Shown here: positions 11,360 through 21,356 of the stretch, in pieces | Layout of the letters: every line of letters begins with the position of its first letter | Position numbering within the stretch: the first letter of the stretch is position 1 | Translations under genes and position numbers: made by a program | The notes under the pieces: generated by a model | Seen by the model: only the letters and a program-made list of their open reading frames with translations | What the model was told of the DNA's origin: nothing | The model's database searches: none | From: a bacterium | GTDB taxonomy: Bacteria > RBG-13-61-14 > DATKZS01 | NCBI GenBank assembly: GCA_963674965.2 | Contig: CAXXFL010000004.1 | Coordinates: forward strand, 64,001-128,000 | DNA: 64,000 nucleotides | Reading direction: 5' to 3'

Positions 11360-13126
11360 TCAGTCCACGATCAGCCTCATTTCGTCGGCCTTGTCCTCGA
11401 TATCCACCAGCAACTTGGCGATGGCGAACTCGTCCAGACCCAGGGCCTTGAGGGGCGCGGAGGTGGGAACGTCGATTCTGGCGTCGGGAGGCGCGCCGTC
11501 CAGGCCCAGACTCTTGCCGATCACGTCGGAACCGGCGAGCATCCAGGCGAGTTCCTCGACGCCCTCCGCCTTGGGTGGGTTGTGGTGGTAGCGAACCGCC
11601 GTAACGATCTCGTCGGGGAAATTCCACTTCTTCAGGATATAGGCCCCCAGCGCCTCGTGGAGAAGGCTCTGAACCTGGTTGTACACGTTGGAAGAAAGGT
11701 TGGCGATGCGCCCGTCGGTTTTGGACATATCGTCCAGGGTCGTGACTATCAATACCTTTCCAATGTCTTTAGTCAGTCCCGAAAGGAAGGCCTCCTCGGT
11801 GTTGATGAACTTTCTCGCGTTGGCCAGCTCCCGGCAGACAACGGCGCTCGAGATCGAGTGCTTCCACAGGCGGGCCAGGTATCCGCTGTATTTGCTGCCC
11901 GAGGATTTGTAAAGGTTCTTAAGGCCAACGGCCAGGGCCACGTTCCTTACGTTGTTGGAGCCAATCCGCATGATGGCCTTGGGAAGCTCGTTTATCTGCT
12001 TGAGGCCCGAGTAGTAGCTCGAGTTGGCAAGACTTACCACCTTGCCCGCGATCACCGAGTCCTTTCTGATCATCTCCGTGTAGTCGTTGATGCTGAAATC
12101 CGGGTCCTGGGAGGCGTGAACTATCTCCATGGAAACCTCGGGGATGGTGGGAAGCTCGGCGTTCTCGTCCTGGAGTCGTTCCTTGATGGCGTTTATAATC
12201 GCGCTCTCCTCGTCGCTCTTCAGGACCTTGGTCCTTTTTGGAGGGTTGTTCTCTTTTTCCCCACTGGACTTCCTGGCCTTCTCCAGATTTAGCGGCGCAA
12301 GGCAGGCGCCGCAGGCCAACTCGACCGTGACCGAGGCGTGAAAAATGGCGGCGGGGGCCGTCTGCCGCGACTTGCAGTTGGGGCATATCATGGTGAAGGT
12401 CTCGATATCTCCTTCCTTTTTAATGGATTCATTTTCACCCGCCTTTTGCGCGTCCCGCTCTTTGACTTCTCTTTCATCGCCGCGTTTTTTAATCTCCGCG
12501 TATTTGTTCAGCACGCGCTTTATATGCTCCGCCGAGGACACGACGAAAGATATAGGCCTTTCATAGGTCCTCTCGATCTTATCGATGACCATCATTCCGG
12601 GCGCCTCGCAAACGGCGACCTTGATCAGCCCTTCTTCAAATGACAGTGGAATCACGCAATTTTCAATGCAATATTCGACGCTCAATTGTTCGATCAGGGG
12701 CCGGCTAAGAGAGGTCGCGTCAAGCTCGACGTTAACGACTTCATCCTGGCCCGAAATCATCTTTATAAGGTCCGACTTGGAAACCACGCCCGACTCGATA
12801 AGCGCCGCGGCGAATGACGCGCCTTTGTTCTCTTTTTGAAAGTCTATGGCCACGCGAAGCTGTTCGTAATTCAAAAGCCCGCTTTCATAAAGATATTCTC
12901 CCAATCCCAGTTCGGTTTTGAAAGCCGTGGTCAACTCCAGGTAGGCGTTTTTCGGTATCATCTCGAGTCTTACCAGGGTATCTCCCAGAGGCTGGCGCGG
13001 CCCCATCTTGGCCTTGATGCGGTTCGCGTACTCGATCTGTTTGGAGGTAAGAAAACCCTGACCCATTAGAAGATCGCAGATATTGCTTTTGTTTTTGACC
13101 GGTTTTACTTTTTCAGCCCTTTCCAT
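11360..13126 (-). CDS. MshEN/T2SSE_N-like N-terminus + zinc ribbon + HDOD domain protein
   Basis: LG..L...G repeats, GspE N1-like region, CPNC..CGAC, HDOD (LP..PE, ANSSYY, LW.HS, DIGK, W.FP..I..AV.YHH); ATG 13126. Confidence 0.8.
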   Translation of the reverse strand: MERAEKVKPVKNKSNICDLLMGQGFLTSKQIEYANRIKAKMGPRQPLGDTLVRLEMIPKNAYLELTTAFKTELGLGEYLYESGLLNYEQLRVAIDFQKENKGASFAAALIESGVVSKSDLIKMISGQDEVVNVELDATSLSRPLIEQLSVEYCIENCVIPLSFEEGLIKVAVCEAPGMMVIDKIERTYERPISFVVSSAEHIKRVLNKYAEIKKRGDEREVKERDAQKAGENESIKKEGDIETFTMICPNCKSRQTAPAAIFHASVTVELACGACLAPLNLEKARKSSGEKENNPPKRTKVLKSDEESAIINAIKERLQDENAELPTIPEVSMEIVHASQDPDFSINDYTEMIRKDSVIAGKVVSLANSSYYSGLKQINELPKAIMRIGSNNVRNVALAVGLKNLYKSSGSKYSGYLARLWKHSISSAVVCRELANARKFINTEEAFLSGLTKDIGKVLIVTTLDDMSKTDGRIANLSSNVYNQVQSLLHEALGAYILKKWNFPDEIVTAVRYHHNPPKAEGVEELAWMLAGSDVIGKSLGLDGAPPDARIDVPTSAPLKALGLDEFAIAKLLVDIEDKADEMRLIVD

Positions 13127-13492
13127 GCCTTCACCGCCTTCCAGTTCTCCCCGCAAGGAACAAGGCCAATGGGATATAAAAATGACGGCCTGACCCCATG
13201 CGCGAAAGTAGTGTCTTTCGAGTTTATAATTATTCAATTTTCATGCCTTGCGGTTTATTTCGTGAATGGCCAGCAATGAAATTACCCTCCAGTGGATTTT
13301 TTTCGACTCCATGGGTTGACGCCGATAAAATAGTAAAGTAAGCTTGGCGCTTTACAAGAACAATAAACTGGCCGGCCCTGAATCTTATAAAGATATCGGA
13401 AATAATCGGTAGCGATAAAAGAGCTTATTTCAATGTCAATATTACCGATACCCTTTCCGATAAAAAGCAATTTTTTAAGGAGTTTGCTGAAA

Positions 13493-14929
13493 ATGAGAAT
13501 TCCCCCTAAGGGTTTTCCTAAAGACAAGATTCTTTCAGACCTTAAAACCTACAAGGAATCCGACACCGACTGGCAAGGCGGTAAAATGTTCGGACACGCC
13601 TTCCTGGCGGGAGCCGACGCAAGGGAACTGGTCGAGCGGGCATATCTCGAATACCTCTGGGAAAACTCCCTGGACCCATCGCTTTTCCCCAGCGTGCTTC
13701 GGCTTGAAAACGAGGTCGTCTCCATGGCCGCGGTGCATCTGGGCGGAGACGAAAAGGTAGTAGGCAATTTCACCAGCGGCGGAACGGAGAGTATTTTCCT
13801 GGCCGTCAAGGCCGCAAGGGACAGGTTCCTCTCGGCTCACCCTGACAACAGGCCTGAAATGATCGTTCCGGTCACGGCCCACGCCGCCTTTCACAAGGCC
13901 GCCCATTACATGGGCTTGAAACTCGTGCCCGTGCCCGTCGATATGGCCACCTTCAAGGCCAGCGTGGAGTCTATTAAATATAAAATTAACGATAATAGCG
14001 CCTTAGTAGTGGCCTCAGCCCCGTCCTACGCGCACGGCGTCATCGATCCCATCTCCGAGATCGGACGGATCGCCCTTGCCAATGATATCCCCTTCCATGT
14101 GGACGCATGCATGGGAGGGTTCCTTTTGCCTTACTGGAAAAAGCTGGGAGCGAAAATCGAGGAATTCGACTTCTCCGTACCAGGCGTGACCTCCATTTCC
14201 ATGGATTTTCACAAGTACGCCTTCGCCGCGAAAGGAGCGTCGGTAATATTATTCAAAAACAAGGGATTACGCAAGCATTCCATTTTCACCTGCTCCAGTT
14301 GGACCGGCTATACCATTATCAACCCAACGGTCCAGAGTTCCCGCTCGGCCGGGCCGCTGGCCGGGACCTGGGCCGTGCTCAATTACATCGGACACGATGG
14401 ATATCTTGAGATTACAAGAAAATTGAAGGAAGCCACCGAGCGCGTCATCGCGGCCATCGAGTCCATACCCGAACTGTACGTCATGGGCAAGCCGGAGTTC
14501 TGCATTTTCGGGGTTGCCTCGGACGGCCCGGATATCTTCCATCTTGTGGACGAGATGAAAGCGAGGGGATGGCACATCCAGGCGCAAATGGGACTGGGCG
14601 GACATAAGGAAAACTTTCATCTTACCATGCTTCCCGTCAACCTGGCCATGATCGACGAATGGATGAGGGACCTTCGCGACTCGGTCAAAGCCGCCGCCCA
14701 TCTTGAGAAAAGCGAGATGGCCGCCAAGCTGGCCTCCATGTTCTCGGGCGAAGACGCCGTCGAGTTGACCGACGATGAAATCCGGGGCTTCTTCCAGGCC
14801 CTCGGCGTCAGTACCGACTCGATGCCCTCGAAAATGGCCGAAATAAACCAGATACTTAACGCCCTTCCCCCCAAGGTGGCCGACGCGGCCCTCACGGCCT
14901 TCGTGAACGACCTTTACAAACGGGAATGA
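13493..14929 (+). CDS. PLP-dependent group II decarboxylase / sphingosine-1-phosphate lyase-like
   Basis: TSGGTES, TAHAAFHKA, HVDAC.GGF, S.DFHKY (PLP Lys). Confidence 0.85.
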   Translation: MRIPPKGFPKDKILSDLKTYKESDTDWQGGKMFGHAFLAGADARELVERAYLEYLWENSLDPSLFPSVLRLENEVVSMAAVHLGGDEKVVGNFTSGGTESIFLAVKAARDRFLSAHPDNRPEMIVPVTAHAAFHKAAHYMGLKLVPVPVDMATFKASVESIKYKINDNSALVVASAPSYAHGVIDPISEIGRIALANDIPFHVDACMGGFLLPYWKKLGAKIEEFDFSVPGVTSISMDFHKYAFAAKGASVILFKNKGLRKHSIFTCSSWTGYTIINPTVQSSRSAGPLAGTWAVLNYIGHDGYLEITRKLKEATERVIAAIESIPELYVMGKPEFCIFGVASDGPDIFHLVDEMKARGWHIQAQMGLGGHKENFHLTMLPVNLAMIDEWMRDLRDSVKAAAHLEKSEMAAKLASMFSGEDAVELTDDEIRGFFQALGVSTDSMPSKMAEINQILNALPPKVADAALTAFVNDLYKRE

Positions 14930-14946
14930 CGCGACGCCGAATAAGC

Positions 14947-14974
14947 TTGAATTATCCGGCTTATGTAGTATTAT
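14947..14974 (+). promoter_or_regulatory. Putative sigma70 promoter of tRNA-Ala
   Basis: TTGAAT-N16-TATTAT ~40 bp upstream of the tRNA. Confidence 0.5.
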
Positions 14975-15013
14975 ATAGTTCTCGTTTGCCCGGCAAACGA
15001 GTTGCCATTTAAG

Positions 15014-15089
<76 letters not shown>

Positions 15090-15229
15090 TGATGCTGTAA
15101 ACAAACCCTCCTTTTCAGTCGTAGGGCTAATACAATCTACACGGCCCATTGTCTTTCACCACTCCTCAGATTACCCCAATATGAACGCGCCTTTCGCCGA
15201 TTTAAAAGGGGAACCGGTGATTATTGCGG

Positions 15230-15258
15230 TTGACATCCGAAGGGGGGGCGGGTAGTAT
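15230..15258 (+). promoter_or_regulatory. Putative sigma70 promoter with a G7 tract in the spacer
   Basis: TTGACA-N17-TAGTAT upstream of the 15326 gene. Confidence 0.6.
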
Positions 15259-15325
15259 TGTATTTTCCACCATGGTAACATGTGAAAATATTTTCTAAAA
15301 ATCTTTCGCGTAAGGGGAGCGAGTA

Positions 15326-16648
15326 ATGAAGGCTAAAATCGGGATGGCGTTGATTGGTGTTGTGGTTATGCTCGTGGTGGTCGGCATTTCCTGGGCACAG
15401 TCCGCGCCGCAGTTGCTCAATTACCAGGGGCGTCTCACGAACGCGGCGGGCCAACCGCTTGCGGACGGGACTACCGTGGATTTGACGTTCGCGTTCTACG
15501 GCGTGGAATCCGGTGGCACCGCATACCTTACCGTGCTCCAGGAGGACGTGGTGGTCAATGGCGGTATTTACAATGTGCTCATCGGCTCGGGCACGATCAC
15601 TCCGGGGACGGAGACCAGTCTGGCCGCGGTGTTCCAAAAGCACAGCGAGGTGTGGATGGGGGTCAAGGTGGATATTGACGCGGAGATGACGCCGAGGGCG
15701 ATAATCTCCAGCGTGCCCTACGCTATCACCGTTGACCCGAGATACATCGGGGATCTTATCGCCAGGCCCGACTGGGACGGTGATGGGTATTTGAAGACCG
15801 GAAACACCGTAGACTGCAACGACGGCGATGCTACCAGTTATCCGGGGGCAACGGAAAACTGTACGGATGGCTATGACAACGATTGCGACGGGCTAGTTGA
15901 CGCCAATGACCTTGATTGCTGGGCAACTATTCCGGGCATGGCTCTCATCCCCTACGGGTGTTTCAACATGGGAGACTCAAGCGATGATTGCTTTTATTCG
16001 GATTATGCGATGAATGGAGAATGCCCGGTCCACAATGTGTGCATTACCTCTGCTTTCTACATGGACGTGCACGAGGTGACCAACGCGGAGTACGCGGCCT
16101 GTGTGAGCGGCGGCGGCTGCACAGCGCCGAGCAATTCTTCGAGCGAAACCCGCGGTTCTTATTACGGCAATCCGGCCTATGACAACTTCCCGGTTATCTT
16201 TGTGAGTTGGAACCAGGCTGAGGCATATTGCGCATGGGCGGGCAAGAGATTACCTACGGAGGCAGAATGGGAATACGCGGCCCGGGGCGGGTTATCGGGC
16301 AATCGTTATCCCTGGGGCGACAGCATTAGCGGGACTGATGCCAATTATTGGGCTTCGGGCGACCCCTGGGACAACGACACCTCTGAGGTTGGGTATTACG
16401 CGGCCAACGGCTACGGGCTTTATGATATGTCGGGCAATGTCTGGGAATGGGTGAACGACTGGTATTCATTAACGTATTATAGTGAAAGCCCAACCAACGA
16501 TCCCCCCGGTCCTCCGTCAGGTTCGCATCGCATTTTTCGTGGTGGGTGCTTCATTAGCAGTACAAGCATGCAGCGCGTGGCTCACCGTACCATGAGTGAA
16601 CCTACTTACCAGGACTACTACGTAGGCTTTCGTTGCGCTGGGGACTGA
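15326..16648 (+). CDS. Secreted protein: N-terminal YQGRL domain, MopE-like Cys/Asp repeat, FGE-sulfatase (C-type lectin fold) domain
   Basis: Signal peptide; DCND....PGA.E.C.DG.DNDCDG; RLPTEAEWEYAARGG, GLYDMSGNVWEW, RGG...GFRC. Confidence 0.88.
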   Translation: MKAKIGMALIGVVVMLVVVGISWAQSAPQLLNYQGRLTNAAGQPLADGTTVDLTFAFYGVESGGTAYLTVLQEDVVVNGGIYNVLIGSGTITPGTETSLAAVFQKHSEVWMGVKVDIDAEMTPRAIISSVPYAITVDPRYIGDLIARPDWDGDGYLKTGNTVDCNDGDATSYPGATENCTDGYDNDCDGLVDANDLDCWATIPGMALIPYGCFNMGDSSDDCFYSDYAMNGECPVHNVCITSAFYMDVHEVTNAEYAACVSGGGCTAPSNSSSETRGSYYGNPAYDNFPVIFVSWNQAEAYCAWAGKRLPTEAEWEYAARGGLSGNRYPWGDSISGTDANYWASGDPWDNDTSEVGYYAANGYGLYDMSGNVWEWVNDWYSLTYYSESPTNDPPGPPSGSHRIFRGGCFISSTSMQRVAHRTMSEPTYQDYYVGFRCAGD

Positions 16649-16800
16649 GTTTCTTCGTGGCAACGCGAAGGCAAGGCCAGAGTCCTCGGGAGTATTTCCC
16701 GGGGAGCGAGCCAAATCAGTCCTGGCCCCATTCCCAGGACGGTTGCTTTTAACCTGGCCTATCCGTGATCAAGGGATTATTACTAAATGACTGAAACAAT

Positions 16801-16811
16801 TCCTCCACCAT
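16801..16811 (+). repeat. att-like core, copy 2
   Basis: TCCTCCACCAT, intergenic, followed by a hairpin. Confidence 0.75.
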
Positions 16812-16824
16812 CATTAAACTAATG

Positions 16825-16864
16825 ACGCCATCTCTGCGGAACACCGCCGCATGGATGGCGTTTT
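16825..16864 (+). terminator. Stem-loop / intrinsic terminator after att copy 2
   Basis: ACGCCATC..TGCGG/CCGCA..GATGGCGT followed by a T run. Confidence 0.55.
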
Positions 16865-17148
16865 ACGTTTGGCCTGAATAACGCCACTTATCGCCGACGT
16901 TTGCCGATGTGCCGCGTCCTTCGACCATGACGCGGTGGTGGACACGATTTGCCGGCGTGAAGCGAAATTAACTTGGATTTCACCAGGTTGTGCCTCTCTT
17001 TCTCCGTTTCTACTGGACTACCCCCTGCCTCGTCCAGTGCTTTACTTTCAGGCACTTGCGTGAAAAGCCGATTTTCTTCCGATATGAGCCGGCATGCGTG
17101 CGCATGAAACCGTAGTCAAACCAACGGGCGGCGGACGCGCCTCTCTTA

Positions 17149-17355
17149 TTATCTATTAGAGAAGAGGCGAAGGCCGGTTTCGGCTTGCTCTTTGGCGGCG
17201 CGGAAGGTTTGGGCGATGATCTCCGGCGTTCGAAACACCGCCCGCAGTTGATTCATGACCTGCTCCTCGATGATCCCGGCCGCTACGGTCGCCAGCGGAC
17301 ACGTTGAGTAGCCGTTCTTGGCCGCGTGCAGACAGAGATAGTAGCGGTATTTCTC
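17149..17355 (-). pseudogene. Large serine recombinase fragment (zinc-beta-ribbon region)
   Basis: KYRYYLC......CP..TVAA..IEEQV...L; no catalytic domain. Confidence 0.7.
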
Positions 17356-17356
17356 T

Positions 17357-17722
17357 GATGTCGAGGAGAGATTTTCACGCCTTATCGAAAAATTCCGCAA
17401 GTTCGACACCGAGCGGTGCGAGATTATCGCCACGCTCTACGGCGCTTGGGAGGACCTGCTTAGCGGCGGCGCGGAAGCAACGGAGGATTTGATTGTGAAG
17501 GAGGTGCTCCACAATTGGCACCCCTCGAAGCAACAGATTGACGAAGAGCGATGGCGGCGGGCGCTTAAGTGGATGAAACAAGAAGGCCTCGTCCCTAATG
17601 TGACCGGCGCAACCGAGGCGGGGGAAATCGAGTCCCTGGACGATGATGAGGACATCGGCGACGAGACGCCGGATGAGGATGAAGAAGGACTCGCCGAGGA
17701 GGAGACCGATGCCGACGACTGA
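17357..17722 (+). pseudogene. C-terminal fragment of a type I RM subunit (probably HsdS extension)
   Basis: EIIATLYGAW..L...WHPSK..I...RW..AL.WM...GLVP plus acidic tail; overlaps hsdR start; no start codon. Confidence 0.55.
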
Positions 17723-18314
17723 CACCAGCGAGAAAGGCCTGGAGGCCCTGATCGTCGAGTCCCTAGTAAACGAGGCCGCTTACGAACAAGGCCGCAGCGA
17801 GGACTACGACCGCGACCACGCCGTAGACCTGGCGAAGCTGGTGACCTTTATCGAAGCCACGCAGAAAAAACCTGTGGAGGCGTTGGAGCTTTCGCTGGAC
17901 GGTCCGAAGCGGACGCAGTTTCTCCACCGGCTCCAGGGCGAGATCGCCAAGCGCGGAGTAATAGACGTGCTGCGCAACGGGGTCAAACATGGCGCGGGGA
18001 GCGTGGACCTGTTCTACGGCTCGCCCACGCCCGGCAACGTGAAGGCCGGAGAGCGCTTCGAGGCTAATATTTTCAGCGTCACCCGGCAACTGCGATACAG
18101 CAAGGATGAGACCCAGTTGGCCCTGGACCTGTGCGTCTTCATCAACGGCCTGCCGGTGGCGACGTTCGAGTTGAAGAACCGCCTGACCAAGCAGACGGTA
18201 GAGGATGCGGTGCAGCAATATAAGCGCGACCGCGAACCCAAGGAACTGCTTTTTCATTTCGGGCGTTGCATGGTGCATTTCGCGATGGACGAGGGGATGA
18301 AAAATGGGCTATAA
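17709..18314 (+). pseudogene. hsdR: Type I restriction enzyme R subunit, truncated after ~195 aa
   Basis: TDTSEKGLE, D...FINGLPVATFELKN..T.Q...AV.QY, VHFA.D; helicase domains absent. Confidence 0.85.
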
Positions 18315-19095
18315 CACCATTCTCTACGAATTGGGCGGTCCGGAGAATGCGGTTTGCAAGATCGTCATGAATCGCGCCGAGCAGCGCAACGCCATCAACC
18401 GCGAGATGGCGGAGGAGATGCTCGACGCCTTTGTGCGGGCCAAGAAGGACCCCAAGGTCAAGGTGATCCTGTTCTCCGGCGCGGGCAAGTCCTTCTGCGC
18501 GGGCGGCGACCTCTCGGTGCTGCCGACCTTCAATCACAACTCGGTCTATGACTGGATGGCGCACGAGGGTTACGAGATCGCCCGAGCCATCGCCGAGAAC
18601 GACAAGATCGTGGCGGCCAAGGTCAAAGGCCATTGTATCGCCGGCGGCCTCGAACTCGTCCTGGCCTGCGACCTCGTCTATGCCTCGGAAAAAACCAAGT
18701 TCGGCGTCACTGAAATCACCATGGGCATCCTGCCCGGGTGGGGCGGCACGGCCCGCATCGCGCGGAGTATGCCCATCCACCGGGCCAAGGAGGTCCTGCT
18801 CACCGGCCGCAAGGACTACAGCGCGAAAGAGATTTACGAGATGGGCCTGCTCACCCGGGTCTATGCCGACGAGGAACTCGACGCCAAGGTGGACGCTATC
18901 GTGAACGCGATGGCCGGCCGCTCGGCCGATGCTCTGCGCATGGGAAAGAGCGTGCTCAACCGCTCCTTCGAGGGCATCCCCTGGGACGCGGCCATGACCA
19001 TTGAGAGGAACGCCATCGCCTGGCTCTTCCATTCCGAATACGCGACCAACCTCCGGAATTTCGCCTTGGCGGCGATCAAACAGAACAAGGAGTAG
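18304..19095 (+). CDS. Enoyl-CoA hydratase/isomerase
   Basis: FCAGGDL, GGLELVLACD, E..MGILPGWGG. Confidence 0.92.
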   Translation: MGYNTILYELGGPENAVCKIVMNRAEQRNAINREMAEEMLDAFVRAKKDPKVKVILFSGAGKSFCAGGDLSVLPTFNHNSVYDWMAHEGYEIARAIAENDKIVAAKVKGHCIAGGLELVLACDLVYASEKTKFGVTEITMGILPGWGGTARIARSMPIHRAKEVLLTGRKDYSAKEIYEMGLLTRVYADEELDAKVDAIVNAMAGRSADALRMGKSVLNRSFEGIPWDAAMTIERNAIAWLFHSEYATNLRNFALAAIKQNKE

Positions 19096-19100
19096 CCGAG

Positions 19101-20264
19101 ATGGACTTCGCCTTTACCGAGCAGCAAGACCTCATGCGCCAGGAAGTGCGGCGCATGTGCGAGAAGGAGCTAAACCGCGAGTACGTCCGCTGGATGGACG
19201 AGAACTGCGATTTTACGCCGGACGAGCTGTGGAAGAAGATCGCCGACCTGGGTTACATGGGTATCGCCATTCCCGAAGCGTACGGCGGCATGGGACTCGG
19301 TATGGTGGATGCCATGATCGTCTTCGAGGAGTTAGCCACGGCCTCGACCGCTATGGGCCTCTGCATCGGCGCCACGATCGGCTTCGGGGCCAAAACCATC
19401 ATGGGCCTGGGGACGGAAAAGCAGAAACTTGAGCTGTTGCCGAAGATCGCCCGGGGAGAAGTGAAGTTCTCGATGGGCCTCACCGAGCCCGGCGGCGGCA
19501 CCGACATCCTGGGCGCGATCAAGACCAAAGCCGAGGACAAGGGAGACCACTGGCTCCTCAACGGGGCCAAGATGTTCATCACCGGCGCCCATCGCTCCGA
19601 TTACATGGTGGTCATCGCTCTCACCGACCCCGCGGCCAAACGCACTAAAGGACTTTCCATCTTCCTGGTCCCGCAGCCAAGCAAGGGTCTGGAAACGAAG
19701 CTCATCCCCAAAGTGGGCTGTCATGCGGCCGGGACCAACGAGGTGTTCCTGGAGGACGTGAAGATTCCCAAGGAGAATCTGCTGGGGACTCTAAACAACG
19801 GCTGGTTCGAGTTGCTCGGGACCCTCAACCCGGAGCGCATCGGCACGGCCATGCTCTCCCTGGGCATCGCCAAGGCCGCGTTCCGCGACGCCATGAAATA
19901 CGCCCAGGAGCGTGAGGCGTTCGGCGGTCCCATCGCCCGCTTCCAGGTCCTTCAGCACTACCTCGCCGACATCGCCATCGAAATCGAGTGCGCCACGAAC
20001 CTCATCTACAAATGCGCCTGGCTTTCCGACGCGGGCAAGCCCTTCCACATCGAGGCCAGCATGGCCAAACTGGTCGCCGGCCGGGCCTCGGAAAAGGCCG
20101 CCATCCTGGGCATGGAGATATTGGGCGGCTACGGCTACACCATGGAGTACGACATGCAGCGCTACTTCCGCGACTACAAGCAGATGATTTTCTCGCCCAT
20201 CTCCGACGAAATGGCGAAAAACATGATCATGCAGTTCATGGGTCTGCCCAAGTCCTGGAGCTGA
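19101..20264 (+). CDS. Acyl-CoA dehydrogenase
   Basis: PEAYGG, LTEPGGGTD, NGAKMFITG, R.AFG.PI..FQ, GGYGY..EY. Confidence 0.93.
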   Translation: MDFAFTEQQDLMRQEVRRMCEKELNREYVRWMDENCDFTPDELWKKIADLGYMGIAIPEAYGGMGLGMVDAMIVFEELATASTAMGLCIGATIGFGAKTIMGLGTEKQKLELLPKIARGEVKFSMGLTEPGGGTDILGAIKTKAEDKGDHWLLNGAKMFITGAHRSDYMVVIALTDPAAKRTKGLSIFLVPQPSKGLETKLIPKVGCHAAGTNEVFLEDVKIPKENLLGTLNNGWFELLGTLNPERIGTAMLSLGIAKAAFRDAMKYAQEREAFGGPIARFQVLQHYLADIAIEIECATNLIYKCAWLSDAGKPFHIEASMAKLVAGRASEKAAILGMEILGGYGYTMEYDMQRYFRDYKQMIFSPISDEMAKNMIMQFMGLPKSWS

Positions 20265-20288
20265 TCCGCGAATAGCAGGAGACTCGCT

Positions 20289-21356
20289 ATGAGAATGTTC
20301 CACCATATTCCCAGGAAGCACGCCAGGCTCGATCCGGACTTTGAGTGCCTGGTATTCGAGGAGACCCGCCTCACCTGGAAACAGCTAGACGAGCGGGTGG
20401 ATCGGCTGGTCAGCGGCCTTGCATCGCTGGGAATCAAACCCGGCGAGCACATCGCCATCCTCGCCCAGAACAGCTATCGCTTCGTCGAGTTCTATTACGC
20501 TTGTTCGCGGGGCGGGTTCGTGGCCGTGCCCCTCAACTGGCGGCTTTCCGACGAAGAGTTGAAGCACATCATCGCTCACTCCGAAACTTCGGCCCTGCTG
20601 GTTGGACAAGAATACTTGGAGACTGTCGGGAGGATCAGACCCCAGTTGGACAAAGTCCTGGAATACGTTTCCTTGGACGGAGACTCCGCCGGCATGCGCG
20701 AATACGAGCGGCTTCTGCGCGACGCCTCCCCGCGAGTATGTCCGGAGGCCGAGGACGAAAACTCGATGTTCATCCTCATGTACACCGGCGGGACCACCGG
20801 CCTGCCCAAAGGCGTTATGCTTTCCAACCGCAACATCATGACCGCCGCGCTCGGTTGCCTGTTTTCCATGAGCATTACCAAGGCGGACATCACCTGCATG
20901 ATTCTGCCCCTCTTTCACATCGCGTTCTGGCCGGTGACGGTTGTTCATTTCATGGGATCGAAGGCGGTGATCAGCAAGAAGTTCGATCTGGGTTACGTTC
21001 TGGAGACAATCCAAAACGAGAAATGCACCCACGTCAACATCGTGCCCACCATCGCGAGTTTTATGCTCATGTTCCCGGACCTCGATAAATACAACCTGAC
21101 CAGCCTTCGCGCCATCACCTACGCAGGCTCACCGATGCCGTTCGAGGTGTTGATGAAGCTCAAGGAGAAATTCCCCGGACTCGATCTTGGCCAGGGCTAC
21201 GGACTCACCGAGGCCGCGCCCACCGTGTCCCTCCTCGACCAATACGACCATGCCCGGCCCGCGCACAAACCAACGACGCAGTTGAGGTCGGTTTTTTCCT
21301 TTTCCAGAACCATCGCCTGGGCCAAGGGGTTGCAGGCGATCGCGCCGATATTGTAG
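20289..21356 (+). pseudogene. Acyl-CoA ligase (AMP-binding), 3'-truncated at ~21255
   Basis: YTGGTTGLPKG and GYGLTE present; TGD / RxKD C-terminal motifs missing; tail is antisense DUF1847 sequence. Confidence 0.85.

Noticed and set aside
15326-16648. Catalytic formylglycine-generating enzyme for the nearby sulfatase
   Set aside because: Secreted multidomain architecture and no catalytic Cys pair motif after RGG; more likely a binding protein
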